From positions 64,001 to 128,000 of the forward strand of contig CAVPRW010000031.1 in NCBI GenBank assembly GCA_963707985.1: a DNA stretch of 64,000 nucleotides, given 5' to 3'. The notes under the pieces are model-generated. The model saw nothing but the letters and a program-made list of their open reading frames with translations. It made no database searches and was not told the DNA's origin. Shown in pieces: positions 40,669-53,810 of this stretch. The DNA comes from an uncultured Nitrospinota bacterium (GTDB lineage Bacteria; Tectomicrobia; Entotheonellia; J063; CAVPRW01). The position numbers and the translations under genes are program-made. The stretch's first letter is position 1, and every line of letters begins with the position of its first letter.

Positions 40669-43600
40669 CTATGCGTCGATCTGCTGTAATAGCCGGTAGG
40701 CTTGAGCAATATCGAGATCCCCCTGCTGCACCCTCTGGAGTATATTGTCCAGGGTAGGTCTCTGCACTGCGGGCGCCGGTGCCGGTGGCCCTAGCTGGAG
40801 GGCCAGGAAGGCGGCAAAGGCGAAGATGGTTGGGTGGTCGTAGACCGTGGTCACTGTGATATTGATGCCGTATCGAGCGTTGAGCCCCCGCACCCACTCC
40901 GCCGCCACGATCGAATCCAGCCCCATATCGATGAACGGCTTGTCCAGCGCAACTTCCTCCCGCTCCAGGAACAGCGCCTCGGCCAGGCTCGCTGCCAGCG
41001 CTTCACACAGGATTTCCGACGGGATCGTCGCCGGACGTCCGGCGTCCATAGCAGTCGCTGCGGGAGTGGCAACCGGGTCGGGGGTGGGGACCACATGCGG
41101 CTGTGTCATGGTCAAAGGCCGTAGGCCAATACCGCGCGGCTTGGGGCGGGTGATGGTCTCGCCCATGCTTGCGACGCTGGCAAGCGGCATGAGCGTGACT
41201 GTCGCCCGTGGCCGTTCAGCACCGCTCTCTGCGGTCACGGCGTAGCGTAACGGCGGCGAGGCGAGGGGCCGATGCACAGGCTGTGGCAGCGATGCTGGGG
41301 CCGCCTGGGGCAGGAGCGCTGTCCACCGTGGTGTAGCCTCCTCGACATCCGTCGCGGCCGGCTCGGATGTGATCGGTTGAGGCGCAGCGGACTGCCCGGC
41401 GGCAGATGTTTGCGTGCTGCCCCGATCCCAGCCTCCAGGTAACCAGAAGCGTCTCCCGGCAAAGGGATAGCTGGGCAGATCGATGCGCCGGGGCCGGTGT
41501 TCACCGTAGAGCCCGTGCCAGTCAACGTCGAGTCCCTTGGCCCAGAGTCCCAGGATGTCGGTAACCTGGCCCTGTCGGAGCCAGTCCTCGATCCGGTGCG
41601 CAATGCTCTTGTCGGAGGAGAACTCGGCCACTCCCACTTTCTCTACCCGGGCGCACACCAGGCCGTCGATCTCAGGGGCGTCTGCCAAAAACGCTCGGAG
41701 CTTTTCCGCCAGGTCTGCGATCGACGCGGCGGTCATGGCTAGCCGTTCGTCCATAGCTTCCCGCCCCACCTGCAGTGTGTATGCTATGCTGGCGAGATCA
41801 GCATCAGTCAACGGCCGGCACGCGACGGCGTGTAGCAGTTGCTGGGCCCGCGCGCACAGTTCGTCTGCCTTGCGAGCCGACAACACGAAAATGGTTGCGA
41901 GCCGGTCTCGGTTGGCACGGTCGTCGTTTTCTTCGACGACGGTCTCTCCGACCGATTCTCGGTATTCTTCAAGAATGACGTGTGCGTTTGCGCCACCCGC
42001 CCCGAACGAGGAAACCCCTGCGATCCGGCTATATTCCTGCGTGATGCCGTCGATCTCGATGTGAGGTCGCTGCCACACCGCTAGATCGCGCTGGGGTAGG
42101 AACGGCGACTGCGAGAAGTCGATGTTGGGGTTCAACTCATTCACGTGCAGCGTGGGAACGAGCAGCCCATGCTGCATCTGCAGAACCACCTTGGTGAGGC
42201 CGGCAATCCCCGCGGCCGCTTCCAAATGGCCGATATTGGACTTGACTGAGCCAATGGCGCAGAAGCTCGTGTCGCGCGTCCAGGCATGAAATGCCTGGTT
42301 GAGCCCGGTGATCTCAATCGGGTCGCCCAGGTCCGTGCCCGTGCCGTGGGCCTCAATATAACTCACCGCTCGTGCCGGCACACCAGCCTTTTCCAGGGTC
42401 TCGCGGATCAAGGCGCCCTGCGCGTTGGGATTGGGCACCGTATAGCCGTTGGTTTTGCCGTCATGATTGATGCTGGTCGCGCGGATAACCGCATGGATGC
42501 GGTCACCATCCGCGATGGCGCGAGTCAGCGGTTTGAGCAATACCACCCCCACCCCTTCGCCGGGTACATACCCGTTGCCGCCCATGCCAAAGCTCTTGCA
42601 GCGCCCGTCCACGGAAAGCATCCGCTGGTGGCACAGGCCGGTGTAACTGGTAGGATGGAGGTAGAGGTTGACCCCACCTGCGATCGCGAGCTCGCATTCC
42701 CGGCGCAACAGATGCTCGCAAGCCTCGTGAACTGCGGTCAGTGACGAGGAGCACATGGTATCGATCGGCATACTGGGCCCGCAGAGGTTCAGCAGGTAGG
42801 AGACACGGTTGGCCACGGAGCTGAAGGAAGTATGGGGCGAAAATTTTTCGCCGCGCTGCCACATCTCCGGACCGTAGAGGTCGAACCCCGTCTTGGTGAT
42901 GCCTGCGAAGACACCGACCCGGTTGCCGTGGCGTTCCGCCAGCATGGCACGGGTATACCCGGCGTCCTCCAGCACCGCCCAACAGGCTTCAACGAACAGT
43001 CGCTCCTGGGGATCCATGTTGAGGGCTTCACGGGGTGAGAGGTTGAAGAACAGGCAATCGAAATCGGCAAAGTGGTCCACGAAACCGCCCCACTTGCAGT
43101 AGCTCTTACCTTGCGCCACGGCTTCTTCCTTGTCGGGCTGGTAGAATCCCTCGAGGGGCCAACGATCCTCCGGGATTTCCGTGATGCAATCCCTACCGAC
43201 CCTGAGGTTCTCCCAGTATTCTTCCAGGTTTCCAGCCAGCGGATAGCGCCCACTCATACCAATGATGGCGATGGGCTCGCGAGCGGGTGTTGTCTGCCGC
43301 CCGGGGCTCACGAGCATCCGACCCTCTTGTTGGCGTGGGGGATTCGGTATCAGGAGTGCGGGTCCGTTGGGAACGGATGCGGTATTGGCTGGGCCATGTG
43401 CCGGCGGATGGGCGGAGGATAGCGTGCTCCAGCGCAGGCAGGCTGCCGCATGCTCTCTGACCAAATAATCGGCAAGAGCCATCAGAGTCTGGTACTCGTA
43501 GAAGAGGGTCGCGGACAGTTTGCCGAAGACGATAGCCAGTTTTTCGTTGAGCTGTTTAATCATGATCGAATCGATGCCGTAACGCTCCAGTGGCTCTCCA

Positions 43601-46600
43601 GCGTCGACAGAAGTGACGTCCAGCTTGAGGTAGTCGGCCAGCAGCCGTTTCAGTTGGTGGACGGTGTGTTCCCTGAGACGGTCCAGGTCCACATCGGCAA
43701 CGTTCACTAGTTCTCGCTGCTCGTCGGCGACATAGGTCTCAGGGAATAACCGTTCCCGGATGACTGACACGTCTCCCTCGGCCACAAGGACCTGATCCCC
43801 TGCGGTGGCCAAGGCCTGGTATAGGGCACGCAGGCCCGTCGTGGTGCGCAGGGCGATCAGGCCGGTCTTCTGTCGCATGAAGGTTTCCCATGCTTCATCG
43901 CCCCCCACTGTGGCCATGCCCCCCTCACGCCACAGGGGCCAATTGATCGAGAGGGTGCGGCCCCAACGCTGGCCTGCGGCCACGAGACCGTTGCGGTACA
44001 TGGCATACGCGTCCATGAAGGCGTTGGCCGCGGCGTAATCGGCCTGACCTGGGTTGCCGAGGACAGCGGTCATGGAGGAGAAGCACACGAGGAAGTCCAG
44101 GTCCAGGTGCTGGGTCGCCCGATCCAGGTGCACCAGGCCCGCAACTTTAGGGGCGAGCACATCCCACATCTCTTGTGAGGTTTTTTGGCGGATGGCGTTA
44201 TCGCGAATGATGCCAGCGGCGTGGATGATGCCGCTCAGGCCGCCGAACTCGCGCTCGATGTCCCGAATCAGTCCGGTCACAGTCTCACGATTGGTCACAT
44301 CCACCTGGCGATAGACAATACACGTTCCGGATGGTGCGGTGTCATTCAAGAGGGCGAGAGACGGATCCTCACTTCGCGCCGAACGCCCCACGATGACCAG
44401 GTTCACCGCGGCGGTGCGGGCCACGATGTCACGGGCAATTAGGCGTCCCAGGCCGCCCATACCACCGGTGATGAGATAGGTCGCGCCCTGGCGCCAGGGA
44501 GGTGTCGACACGCTAGTGTCAAGGCGCATTGTCATCTGTCGCCAACCAGGCACCCGACGTCGCCCGCCGTCATAACGTACCCGTCTCTCCGACGGTACAC
44601 GACTCTCACGCTCCAGGATCTCAGCAAACGCAGCGGCATCCGTCTCCGGATCCACGGCAATAAGCTGGCCCACCAGCGTGGGGTACTCCAGTCGGGCGGT
44701 TTGCAACAGGCCGGCCAGGCCGGTCAGCAGCCACGCCTCATCGCGGTGAGGAATCACCACCTGGATCAGAGTGGAAATAACACGATCGTCCCCTGTATCG
44801 ACGATGAGGGCCTTGATCTCGGTCAGGATGCGGGCAGCGTAGGATGCAAATCGGGCAGCGATGTCTTGTGCATCATCGTGAAGGAAAAGACAGCGGGTTC
44901 CTGTCAGCCGATTGGCAATGGCGACCTCGACGCCATCCTGGTGGGGCAGATCGCAGAAGATCGCCAGATGGCGGACATGCTCTGGCGGCAAAACCGGTGG
45001 GATAAGGTCCTGCTCGCGCCAGCAGGCCTGGAGCATCAAGGTGCCAACTATCGCTTCTGCGGCTTGCCCGCAGGCAACAGCGGTGTCAGAGGTCAGCGCG
45101 ACAGCTGCTCCACTAACCCAATAGTGTTCGCGGGCAAAGGGGTAGGTGGGCAGGCTTAGGCGTCGCATGCCCGCAGGGAACAGTCGATCCCAGGGCAGCT
45201 CATAACCTTGACAGTAGAGGTCAGCGAGGGCGAACAAGTTCTCTTGATACTGCTCGTGCTCCAAGCAAGGTTGCTCGTTATGCGCCCGGCAGCGGTTGAG
45301 CAGGTCCAGGGCCAACGTCTGAACGGCACGCCGGGCCGTGAAGCCTCGCGGCACCACACCTTGGAAGACATTGGGCCGGCTGGCGTCGGGCGTGTTGACC
45401 ACCTGACGCCAGACCTGGATGGCGTCGTCGCGGTCCTGGATGACAATCGCGCAGCGGTGTCGAAAATGCGAGCGCCCCCCTAGCAGCGTGAAACCGATGC
45501 GTGTCAGGTCAGGCGCCTCGTCACCCTCCAAGAACGTCACCATGTCGCTGATCTTCCGCCGCAGGGCATCCGGGGTTCTTGCCGAAAGCCCCAGGAGATA
45601 AAACGGCGCCAGGATTGGCCCTGGGGCAACCTCTCCATCGTCGGAACGCACGACCATGTGGGCGTTGGTGCCGCTCATGCCGAAGGCGCTGACTGCCCCG
45701 ACGCGTCGTGCACTCGTCCAGGGCCGTCCCTGCTTGTTGACGTAGAACGGGCTGTCCTGCCAGTCGACGTACTCGCTGTCCTGTTCACAATTCAGACTCG
45801 CTGGAATGATCTTGTGGCGTATAGCCTGGACCATGGCGATCAGGCTGACCACACCGGATGCGGCAAAGGTGTGGCCGAAATTGGTTTTGCAGGAGGTGAG
45901 CGCACAATAACCCCGCCCGCGATGGCCACAGCGGCCTATGAAGGCATCTTGGAGCGCCTGGATTTCGACCGGATCGCCCAGGCGTGTGCCCGTGCCATGA
46001 GTGACGATGTACTCGATCTCCGCTGGGTCGATGCGGAAACGTTCATACACGGTGTTGAGTAGGTCAGTCTGGGACACGCCGTTGGGCGCGGTGATGCCAT
46101 TGGTCTTGCCGTCATAGTTGATGCCGCTGCCATCGATCACGGCATAGATAGGATCGCCATCGGCCTCGGCCTGCGACAGGCATTTTAACACAACCACGGC
46201 CACCGCTTCCCCCGGTACCAAACCATTGGCACGCTTGTCAAAGGCGTAACAGTGACCGTCAGTGGATAACATGCCGGCCGCGCTCATGCCCAGGAGCTGA
46301 GCGGGTGTGAGGAGTAGGTGGACGCCAGCGGCGATGGCCGTGGTGCACTCGCCAGCGCGCAGGCTGAGGCAAGCCTGATGCACGGCCACCAAGCCGGAGG
46401 AACAGGCGGTGTCGATGGCCATGTTGGGACCGCGAAGGTTGAGAAAGTACGCCAGCCGGGCGGCCAGGACAGCGTTGTGGCTACCGGTGACGCCAGCGGT
46501 CATGCCGGTGAGCTGCTGGTAATCCCCCTGCTCCACACCAACGAACATGCCGATGCAATTGGCCTCGATCTGTTTCCGGCCGTACCCTGCGTCCTCCAGA

Positions 46601-49600
46601 GCGTTCCATGCCTCCTGGAGCAACAGCCGTTGACGCGGGTCCATGGTTTCCGCTTCCCTGGGAGAGATATCGAAAAACAGTGGATCGAATTCGCGTACGC
46701 CTGGCACACATCCACTCCATTTGCCGTCAGTTTTGCCGGCAGCGGGGTCGCCATAGTAGAGGCGCCAATCAAAGCGGTCCTCGGGCATTTCCATCACGGC
46801 CTCGCGTCCCTGCGCCAGGATGGTCCACATCTCGGAGACGTTGCGTGCTTGTGGGAAGCGCCCACTCATACCGATGATGGCAATAGGTGCGTGGCGTGAG
46901 GTCCCCAGAAGCGCCGCTGCTTCGGGCAGGTGCCGTGTGGATGCCGCAGGTGTGGAAGAAGAGGGTGAGGCAGCCTGAAAGGACACAGACTCACTCGTTC
47001 CTTCCCGGTAAAAGCCATGCATGGCCTGACCATGCATATCCATGAAATATTGACCCAGCATGCCAAGGGTGGGGTAGCCGAAGAACAGCGCCGGTGTGAT
47101 GGCGGCACCGAGCCCGGCGGGTTCGAAGTGTGTGGTGAGGACGTCGGCAAACTCGCTGAGGCTGATCGAGTCAAAACCAAAATCAGCCAGGTTTGCCTCG
47201 GGGTCCAACCTGTGGCGAGGGATCTGTAGAAGCTGGCCCGTCAACTCGGCCAGGTCCGAGGCCACGCATTGGGCCACGGTCAAACCTTTCATGTTGGCTC
47301 GACGTCCCTGGCCCGTGTTACCAAAGAAAGGAATTGAGCCTGGCGCTTTGTCCTTTTCATCAGGGACAGGGTCGTATCTGAAAACACCGGTCCTTGTAGG
47401 CTCTGCCCCACTGGGGCAAGAATACGAAACGGGACGGGTCGATGCTGTAGCGGGGACAGAGTGTTTCCGAGCGAGAAAGCCCCACACCCTCTCCGGCTCA
47501 CCAACCAGGACCAGGTGCTGGGTGTGGTCCTGGCTGAGGATCCGTTCAAAAAGATCGAGGCCCTCTTGCGTTCGTAGCGCTCGTTGTCCGCTCGACTTCA
47601 GGTAGAGGCTCTCGGCCTGCGCGTCACCGTGGAACCCCATGCCGCCGTCTTGCCAAAGAGGCCAGTGGATAGTAATGGCGTGACCTCGGCGCTCGCCCCG
47701 CGCCACTAGTGTATTATGCCGGGCCGCATGGGTCGCCTGGAAACGGCTGGCCACGGCATAATCACAGGCACCAAAGTCTCCAAGAATCGCAGCAGATGAC
47801 GAGAAGTAGCAGATGAAGTCCAGGTTGTCGTCCCGCAGGACCTGGTCCAGAACCAGAGTCCCGGCGATTTTGGGGTTGAGCACCTGTTGGAAGTCGGCGA
47901 TGGACTTTTCGAAGACACTACCCCGGCTCTGGACCCCGGCAGCATGGATGACGCCATGAATGGCATCGAAGTGTTGCCTTGCCCGTTGCAACCCCGCTGT
48001 CATGGCAGCAGCATCGCAGACGTCGGCCTGGATATATAGAACCTTACCGCCAGCGCCCTCCACCTGCTCGATCGCCGCACGCTTCGTGGCGTCGAGGGCG
48101 GAACGACCTGTGAGGATGAGGTTGGCGGCCCTGGTCTCGGCCAGATGGTGCGCGAACATCAGGCCCAACCTGCCGCAACCTCCGGTGATGAGGTACGTCC
48201 CGCCCATGCGCAAGGCCGCGCCATTGTCCTGGACGAGGACGGTAGGCTGGATGCTGCAGCCATAGCGCTGGCCGTTCCGGTAGAGAATGCTTTGGGGGGT
48301 GGCGGTACTCAGCTCGAACCACAGCCGCTCCAGCCATGCCGAAGCACCGCGGTCTCCACTTTCATCCAGGACCACGGACACGCGCGTGTTGGGCGCTACC
48401 AGGCCGAGCGACCGCTCAAAGCCAATCCATGATTCCAGGAAACAGCGGTCGAGGGAATCGGTGTGACAGCGAGCAGCGCACAGGATGCGCTCGATGCTAA
48501 GCGTTGTTTCGGCCATGGCTTGGAGGATATAGACCAAGGGTGCGAAGTTTTGCAGCAGAGCCTCGTCCTCATCGGCCCAGAGGTAAAGCACGGCATCCAC
48601 GTGCGTGCCCTCTTGCCGTAAGCGTTGGAAGATGCGGATGTAGGAAGCTTTTTCGAGGGGATTGACGTGAAATACTGGAGCGTCGGACGAAGCATGCGGG
48701 CATTGCTCGGGTGCGCCGGCATATTGGGCGATGAAGATCAGGCGGCTGCCCGGCACCTTCTGATTGGCCAGTCTCACGCAACACACGTTGGTGGTCCGGA
48801 TCCGAGAGAAAACAAACCAGGGTCTGCGGCCGGATGTGCGTCGGGGCCGGGGCCTGCTCCTCCCAAACTTCTTCAAAGGTCATCAGCTCAAAAGGCTCGA
48901 CGGCCTCCTCCGGGAGGGGTGCGTCCTCGCCCACCATGGCCTCGCGGCCACTTTCCGCAGTCACGTGGGCAACCGCCCGCGCCTCGGCCTCAGCCACGAG
49001 GTTTTCCGCCGCTTCATAACGCTCACGAGCAAAGGGATAGGTCGGCAGATGCAGACGTGGCGGCCGATCCGCGCCGTAGAACAATTGCCAATCGACGACC
49101 TCACCTCGCGTCCACGCCTCGGCCACCTGGTCGAGCGCCCCCTCGCCGATCCAGCGCATCACGAGCTGCTGACTGTCACGGCCCGCGCTGAGGAGGGCTG
49201 CTTGCTTCCCCTGAGGGACCTCTCCATGCCAGCAGCCCTCGATCATTACTCCCCCCTGCGCGAAGGTCATCAGGCGCTGATACAGCTCGGTGATGTCGCG
49301 CCCCAGGAAGACGGCGCGGTACTTCATCGCTTCGCGCCCAACCTGCAGGGTATAGGCCAGTGCTTCCAGGTCGATGGCTGGACCTGCCTCCGCCGGCGCT
49401 TCGGGGGCGTACAGACTCGACAGGGCGTCGCCATGGTGAATTGCCAGGTAATCCAGTACCTCCGCCAGCGAGACACAACGGCTCAGCCCATCGAGGTCGG
49501 CGTCCACCTGCCAGTCCTCCTGGAGCCGCTGGCGCAACGTGACCAGATGGCCCCATTCCATCCCATAATCCGCCAATGACAGACGTACATCGATGTCCTC

Positions 49601-52600
49601 CGGGAGGACCGCCATGATGCTGGCCACCATCGCAGTGAGCTGCTGTTGCAGTGGTGCCACGATGCCAAAATCCCCAATTGGCGCGGCGGCGACCTGAAGG
49701 AAGCGTCCAAGTTTGGCGGCATGGGCGGCCAACGCCGCCTCGGTCTGGGCGGAGAGGGGCACCAGAACGGGCCGATCTCCACGGAGGCGGCGCCCTGAGG
49801 GCGCAGGGATGTATTCTTCGATAACCAGATGGGCATTGGTGCCGCTATGGCCGAAGGAATTGAGGGCAGCCATCAGGGGTGTGCCGTCCGTAGAGCACCA
49901 TTCCCGTGCCTGAGTATTGACGTAAAACGGCGAGCCATCGAACTCGATCAACGGATTCAGCTCGGTGAAGTGCAGCAAACCCGGTAAGCGGTGATGCTGC
50001 ATGGACAGCAAGACCTTGATCAGGCCGATGACGCCGGCGCTGGCGGCGGTATGGCCGATATGAGCTTTCGCACTGCCTATGGCGCAGTAGTGCTGGAGGT
50101 CGGTGAAGCGGCGGAAGGCGCGTACCAGGGCGTTGGCTTCGACAGGATCGCCCAGTTTGGTGCCAGTGCCGTGGGCCTCGACATAGCTGAGGCGCTGCGG
50201 ATCGATGCCGAAGCGCTGGTAAACCGAGGTGATCAAGGCTTCTTGAGCCGAGCCGCTGGGTGCAGTGATGCCATTGCTCGCACCGTCCTGGTTGACGCCC
50301 GAGCCGCAAATCACGCCGTAAATCGGATCACCATCGGCCACGGCATCCGCGAGCCGCTTCAAGACCACCATACCGACGCCCTCGGAGAAGGCCGTTCCGT
50401 CGGCCGCTTGGTCAAACGTGTGACATCTGCCCGTGGGGCTGAGCATATCGATGGCGGACAGACCGATGAGCATGTTCTGCTTCAGCGCGGCGAACACCCC
50501 GCCCGCCAGCGCCAGGTTGGCACTCGCCATGCCTGAGGCTTTCGCAGGCCAGGTGTAGGGCCACACCAGAGGAAGAACAGCCGGTGTTGATCACCATGGC
50601 GGGGCCTTTAAGGTCAAGGTAATAAGACAGGCGTGAAGCGACGATGGCGTCGGAGGAGCCAGTGAAGGATTGGTGGAAATAGCCAGTCGGTTCCGCGCCC
50701 ACGAACACGCCGACCAGGGTGTCTGCGAGGCTTTTGGGGTTGTACCCGGCATCCTCGAGGCACTTCCAGCCTTCCAGGAGGATGAGGCGCTGGTGGGGGC
50801 TCATGGACTCGGCTTCCCGAGGGGAGATGCTGAAGAACAGGGGATCGAAACAGGTGCGTTCGGCCAGGATGCCGCCCCAGCGGCAATAGGTCTTGCCGGG
50901 TGTTTTCATCGGGTCGTAGTAGAGGTCCTGGTTGAGATAGCGGTCAGGCAGCTCGTGAACTCCGTCGACCCCGGTGATCAGGTTCTGCCAGAAGAGGTCG
51001 ACGTTGACAGCGTCGGGAAACTGACCGGACATGCCGATGACCGCGATGCCATTGCCGTCGTCCGCTGTGTCCCGTCGCTGGTCTGCACCGACGCTGTGCC
51101 TAGGCTCCTGGTGTCGAGTGAAAGCCAATGTTTGCCGTTCTGGGGCCTGAGCGACAGGTGCCATGAGGGGGGGGCTTGTTGAGGGACAGGCACGGTCGCT
51201 GCCGCGGCATCTGAGAGCTTGATAAGGTCTCCGTGAGTCCTGACCAGGTGGCGAGCCAACCGGTCTACGCTGGTGTGATCGAAAAGGATCGCCGTGTTGA
51301 GGTTGATCCCGAGCCGATCAGTCAGGTGTTTGACGAACCTGACACCGAGGATGGAGTCCAGGCCATAATCGGAGAAGGGCTTGCGATGATCGATACTGTC
51401 GGCGGAAATCTTGAGGGATAGGGAGAGGCCTTGAAGGATCGTATTGGTCACCAGGTCGGCCACGTCTGCAGTGGCAGGGTTCGATGCGAGCCCGGATGCC
51501 ACCGCCTCCCGTAATACCGGCGAGGCATGAACGGGGTCGATGTCCACACGCGTCGTCCTCAGTGGACACGGCCCGCCCCTGTCGCACCACCCCATCGCTT
51601 TCCGCCACGATAATCTGCTGTCCCAGATCGTGTGCCGTTTCAGCCGGGAACCAGACCGAGCGCAGCCCCTCCTCTTCCAGCACCCGCTGCCATGTGTGCG
51701 GCGACAGTCCCGGATTGCCATGCAGGCGCAGGGCGGGATCATCATACAACCACCAGCCCTCCAATAAGCCGAAGGTCAGATGCACCACCAGCGGTGTGCC
51801 GTTCAATTCGTTGAGCAACATGAGACCATGTTTCTTCAGAGGCGCCTTGGCATTGTGCAGGCTGTTACGGATGTTTTTGGTGGCGTGCAGGACATTGGCT
51901 GCGATGACGAGGTCATAGCGGTCCGCGTCGATGTCTTGACCGTCGATTGGGCGTGAGACGTCGAAGAGCCGCGTGGTCAGGTAGGCATGCCCCAGCGTAT
52001 AGCGTTGCTCTGCGTGCATGAGGAAGGCTTGAGAGAGGTCCGTGTAACAGTACTCGCGGATACGATCGTTGAAGGGCGCCAGTGCCGGCAGAATGGCGGA
52101 TGTGGTGCCGCCGGTACCCGCGCCGATTTCGAGGATACGGATCTCCGCAGACGGATCGCGCGCCAGCCGCTCGCGCACGTAGGCCACGGCCGTGTCCGCC
52201 AGCACGCCGTTGAAATAATCAGCGCCCGCATTCCCCTGATAGACCCCTTCAACCAGGTGCATTGAGCCATTGGGGAAGATCACATCTGTGGCCAGCCGCT
52301 TACCGGTGAGGATCTCCGGCAGCGCGCGCAGGCAGGCCTCCACCAGCACGATCAGTGCCTTTTGACTATCGTCCTGCAACCACGCCGTCTTGTGCTCATC
52401 CCACGCCCGCCAGCAGGCGTCCAGGTCCAGCGGAGTTGGGTCCACCACGGTAAGGGACCGGCCGTCTCTATGGAAAAAATCCTTGAGGACGGCAAGCGAC
52501 GCGGCGAGCCAGCGATCATAGAGCGGCAGCAGGCCAGTGTTTATATGCGGTAACCCGGTTGCCTGGTCCACGGGTATGGGCGTCTGTTCGCGGAACAGGC

Positions 52601-52805
52601 CCACTGCCTGCAAACACCCCCAGAGCAACTGGCGCAGCAACTCCTCCATGGCCATGTTCCGCGCCAATGCTTCGGCTGAACGTAGCGACGCCAGCTGTGC
52701 CTCCCTCGCCGGAAGCCGTGGCGGCAATTGCGCTATACAGGAGGGGATGGTCTGGGGATAGGCGGTCACCCATTGCGTCGCGTTGATGCGCAAAATATTG
52801 TGCAT
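40669..52805 (-). CDS. trans-AT type I polyketide synthase, 5'-truncated, with frameshifts near 51560, 51170, 50520 and 48770: cMT-ACP-KS-(vestigial ACP)-KR-ACP-KS-KR-ACP-KS-ACP-docking domain
   Basis: MT ILEIGAGTGGT / IAANVLHAT; KS active sites NTGCSSS, DTACSSG and DTMCSSS, each with HGTGT and a second His; KRs GGCGRLG and GGMGGLG; ACPs GLDS, GFDS, GIDS, GLDS; no AT domain (no GHSxG), only post-KS flanking subdomains ending LPTYPF. Confidence 0.92.
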
Positions 52806-53102
52806 TCTATGCGTCTCCAGTCCGGCGTGCAGCCAATGCGCTCAAGCATCTCCTCTACACCCAAGAAAACGCTTCGCCGACCGCCGCAGCACTTCTGGGA
52901 TCGTACGACCCCAGCCGGTTCCCTCATCCATCATGTGGAGAATGTCATCATGAGTGTTCGGCACATACTCTTCCACCTGAAAATTCATATTCTTCCTCCA
53001 TGCATGACCCTCCCCGTCTTGCAATAACAGCCCTGCACTTCGCTTCTCCTGCGGCCTCACTTGCCCGGAGAGAGAACTCGCACGTTCGAGCCCCCAAGAC
53101 AC

Positions 53103-53173
53103 ACCCAGCACACCCCCAAAAAGCGTCAGCGGCGCGGCACTCTGCGCTGCATCCCCTAGAGTGCGTGTTAGGA
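53103..53173. other. Degenerate attC-like site
   Basis: CCCAGC...TCAGCGGCGCGGCACT...GTGCGT-GTTAGGA; the vapC stop overlaps the GTTA box. Confidence 0.4.
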
Positions 53174-53569
53174 TAGAGCCTGCGGGTACGGAAGCAACAC
53201 CAGACCTTCTATGAACCGGTAGTCCCGCTGATTTTTGGTCACCAGCGGACTGTCCACAGTAAGTGCGGTGGCGGCTATGAAGGCATCCGCTATCAGAAGA
53301 CCATGGCTCAACCGATACCGACGCAGGAGGGCGACACTAACATCGGCAATGGCCTCGTTCACAGTGACGATGCTAAACCGACGTAAGAATCGGTCCAAAA
53401 CCCGCAACTCTCGTTTATTACGGCAACCAACCATGAGTTCCATCTGCGTGACCACACTCACTCCAAGGGTGGCCTGTTGCTCCATGTGCTCCAAATAGTC
53501 AATGGCCGCAGTCGCTTTACGGCCAGCATCGATCAAGATATCTGTATCAACGAGAATGAGTTGCGCCAC
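53168..53569 (-). CDS. vapC: VapC PIN-domain toxin
   Basis: ILVDTDILID, SVVTQMEL, IADAFIAATAL, LVTKNQRDY; GTG start next to the antitoxin stop. Confidence 0.9.
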   Translation of the reverse strand: MAQLILVDTDILIDAGRKATAAIDYLEHMEQQATLGVSVVTQMELMVGCRNKRELRVLDRFLRRFSIVTVNEAIADVSVALLRRYRLSHGLLIADAFIAATALTVDSPLVTKNQRDYRFIEGLVLLPYPQALS

Positions 53570-53570
53570 A

Positions 53571-53810
53571 TCAGCTGCCCCACTCCTGTTGGCGAGCATG
53601 GCGGACCCATGCCGTACTATCGCCCAAATCCTCACGATCTTCCCAGAGTCCAACAAAGGGCTCCTTAGCCAACCTTAACTTCCCTGAACGCTTCGGAAGG
53701 GGAGAGCACTGATAGCGCACATACAAGAAATCAATAAAATCGGCGACTTGCCGTTGTGCTTCAAGTGGTAATGCCTCGAATTGGCGCCGAATACTTTCAA
53801 GATCCATCAT
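53571..53810 (-). CDS. DUF2281-type antitoxin
   Basis: LPLEAQRQVADFIDFL...FVGLWEDRED; directly upstream of vapC. Confidence 0.8.
   Translation of the reverse strand: MMDLESIRRQFEALPLEAQRQVADFIDFLYVRYQCSPLPKRSGKLRLAKEPFVGLWEDREDLGDSTAWVRHARQQEWGS

Noticed and set aside
48770..48876. Start of a separate 2735-aa PKS gene at 48876
   Set aside because: The N-terminal residues are off-frame; domain continuity shows a frameshift from the upstream KS-containing ORF
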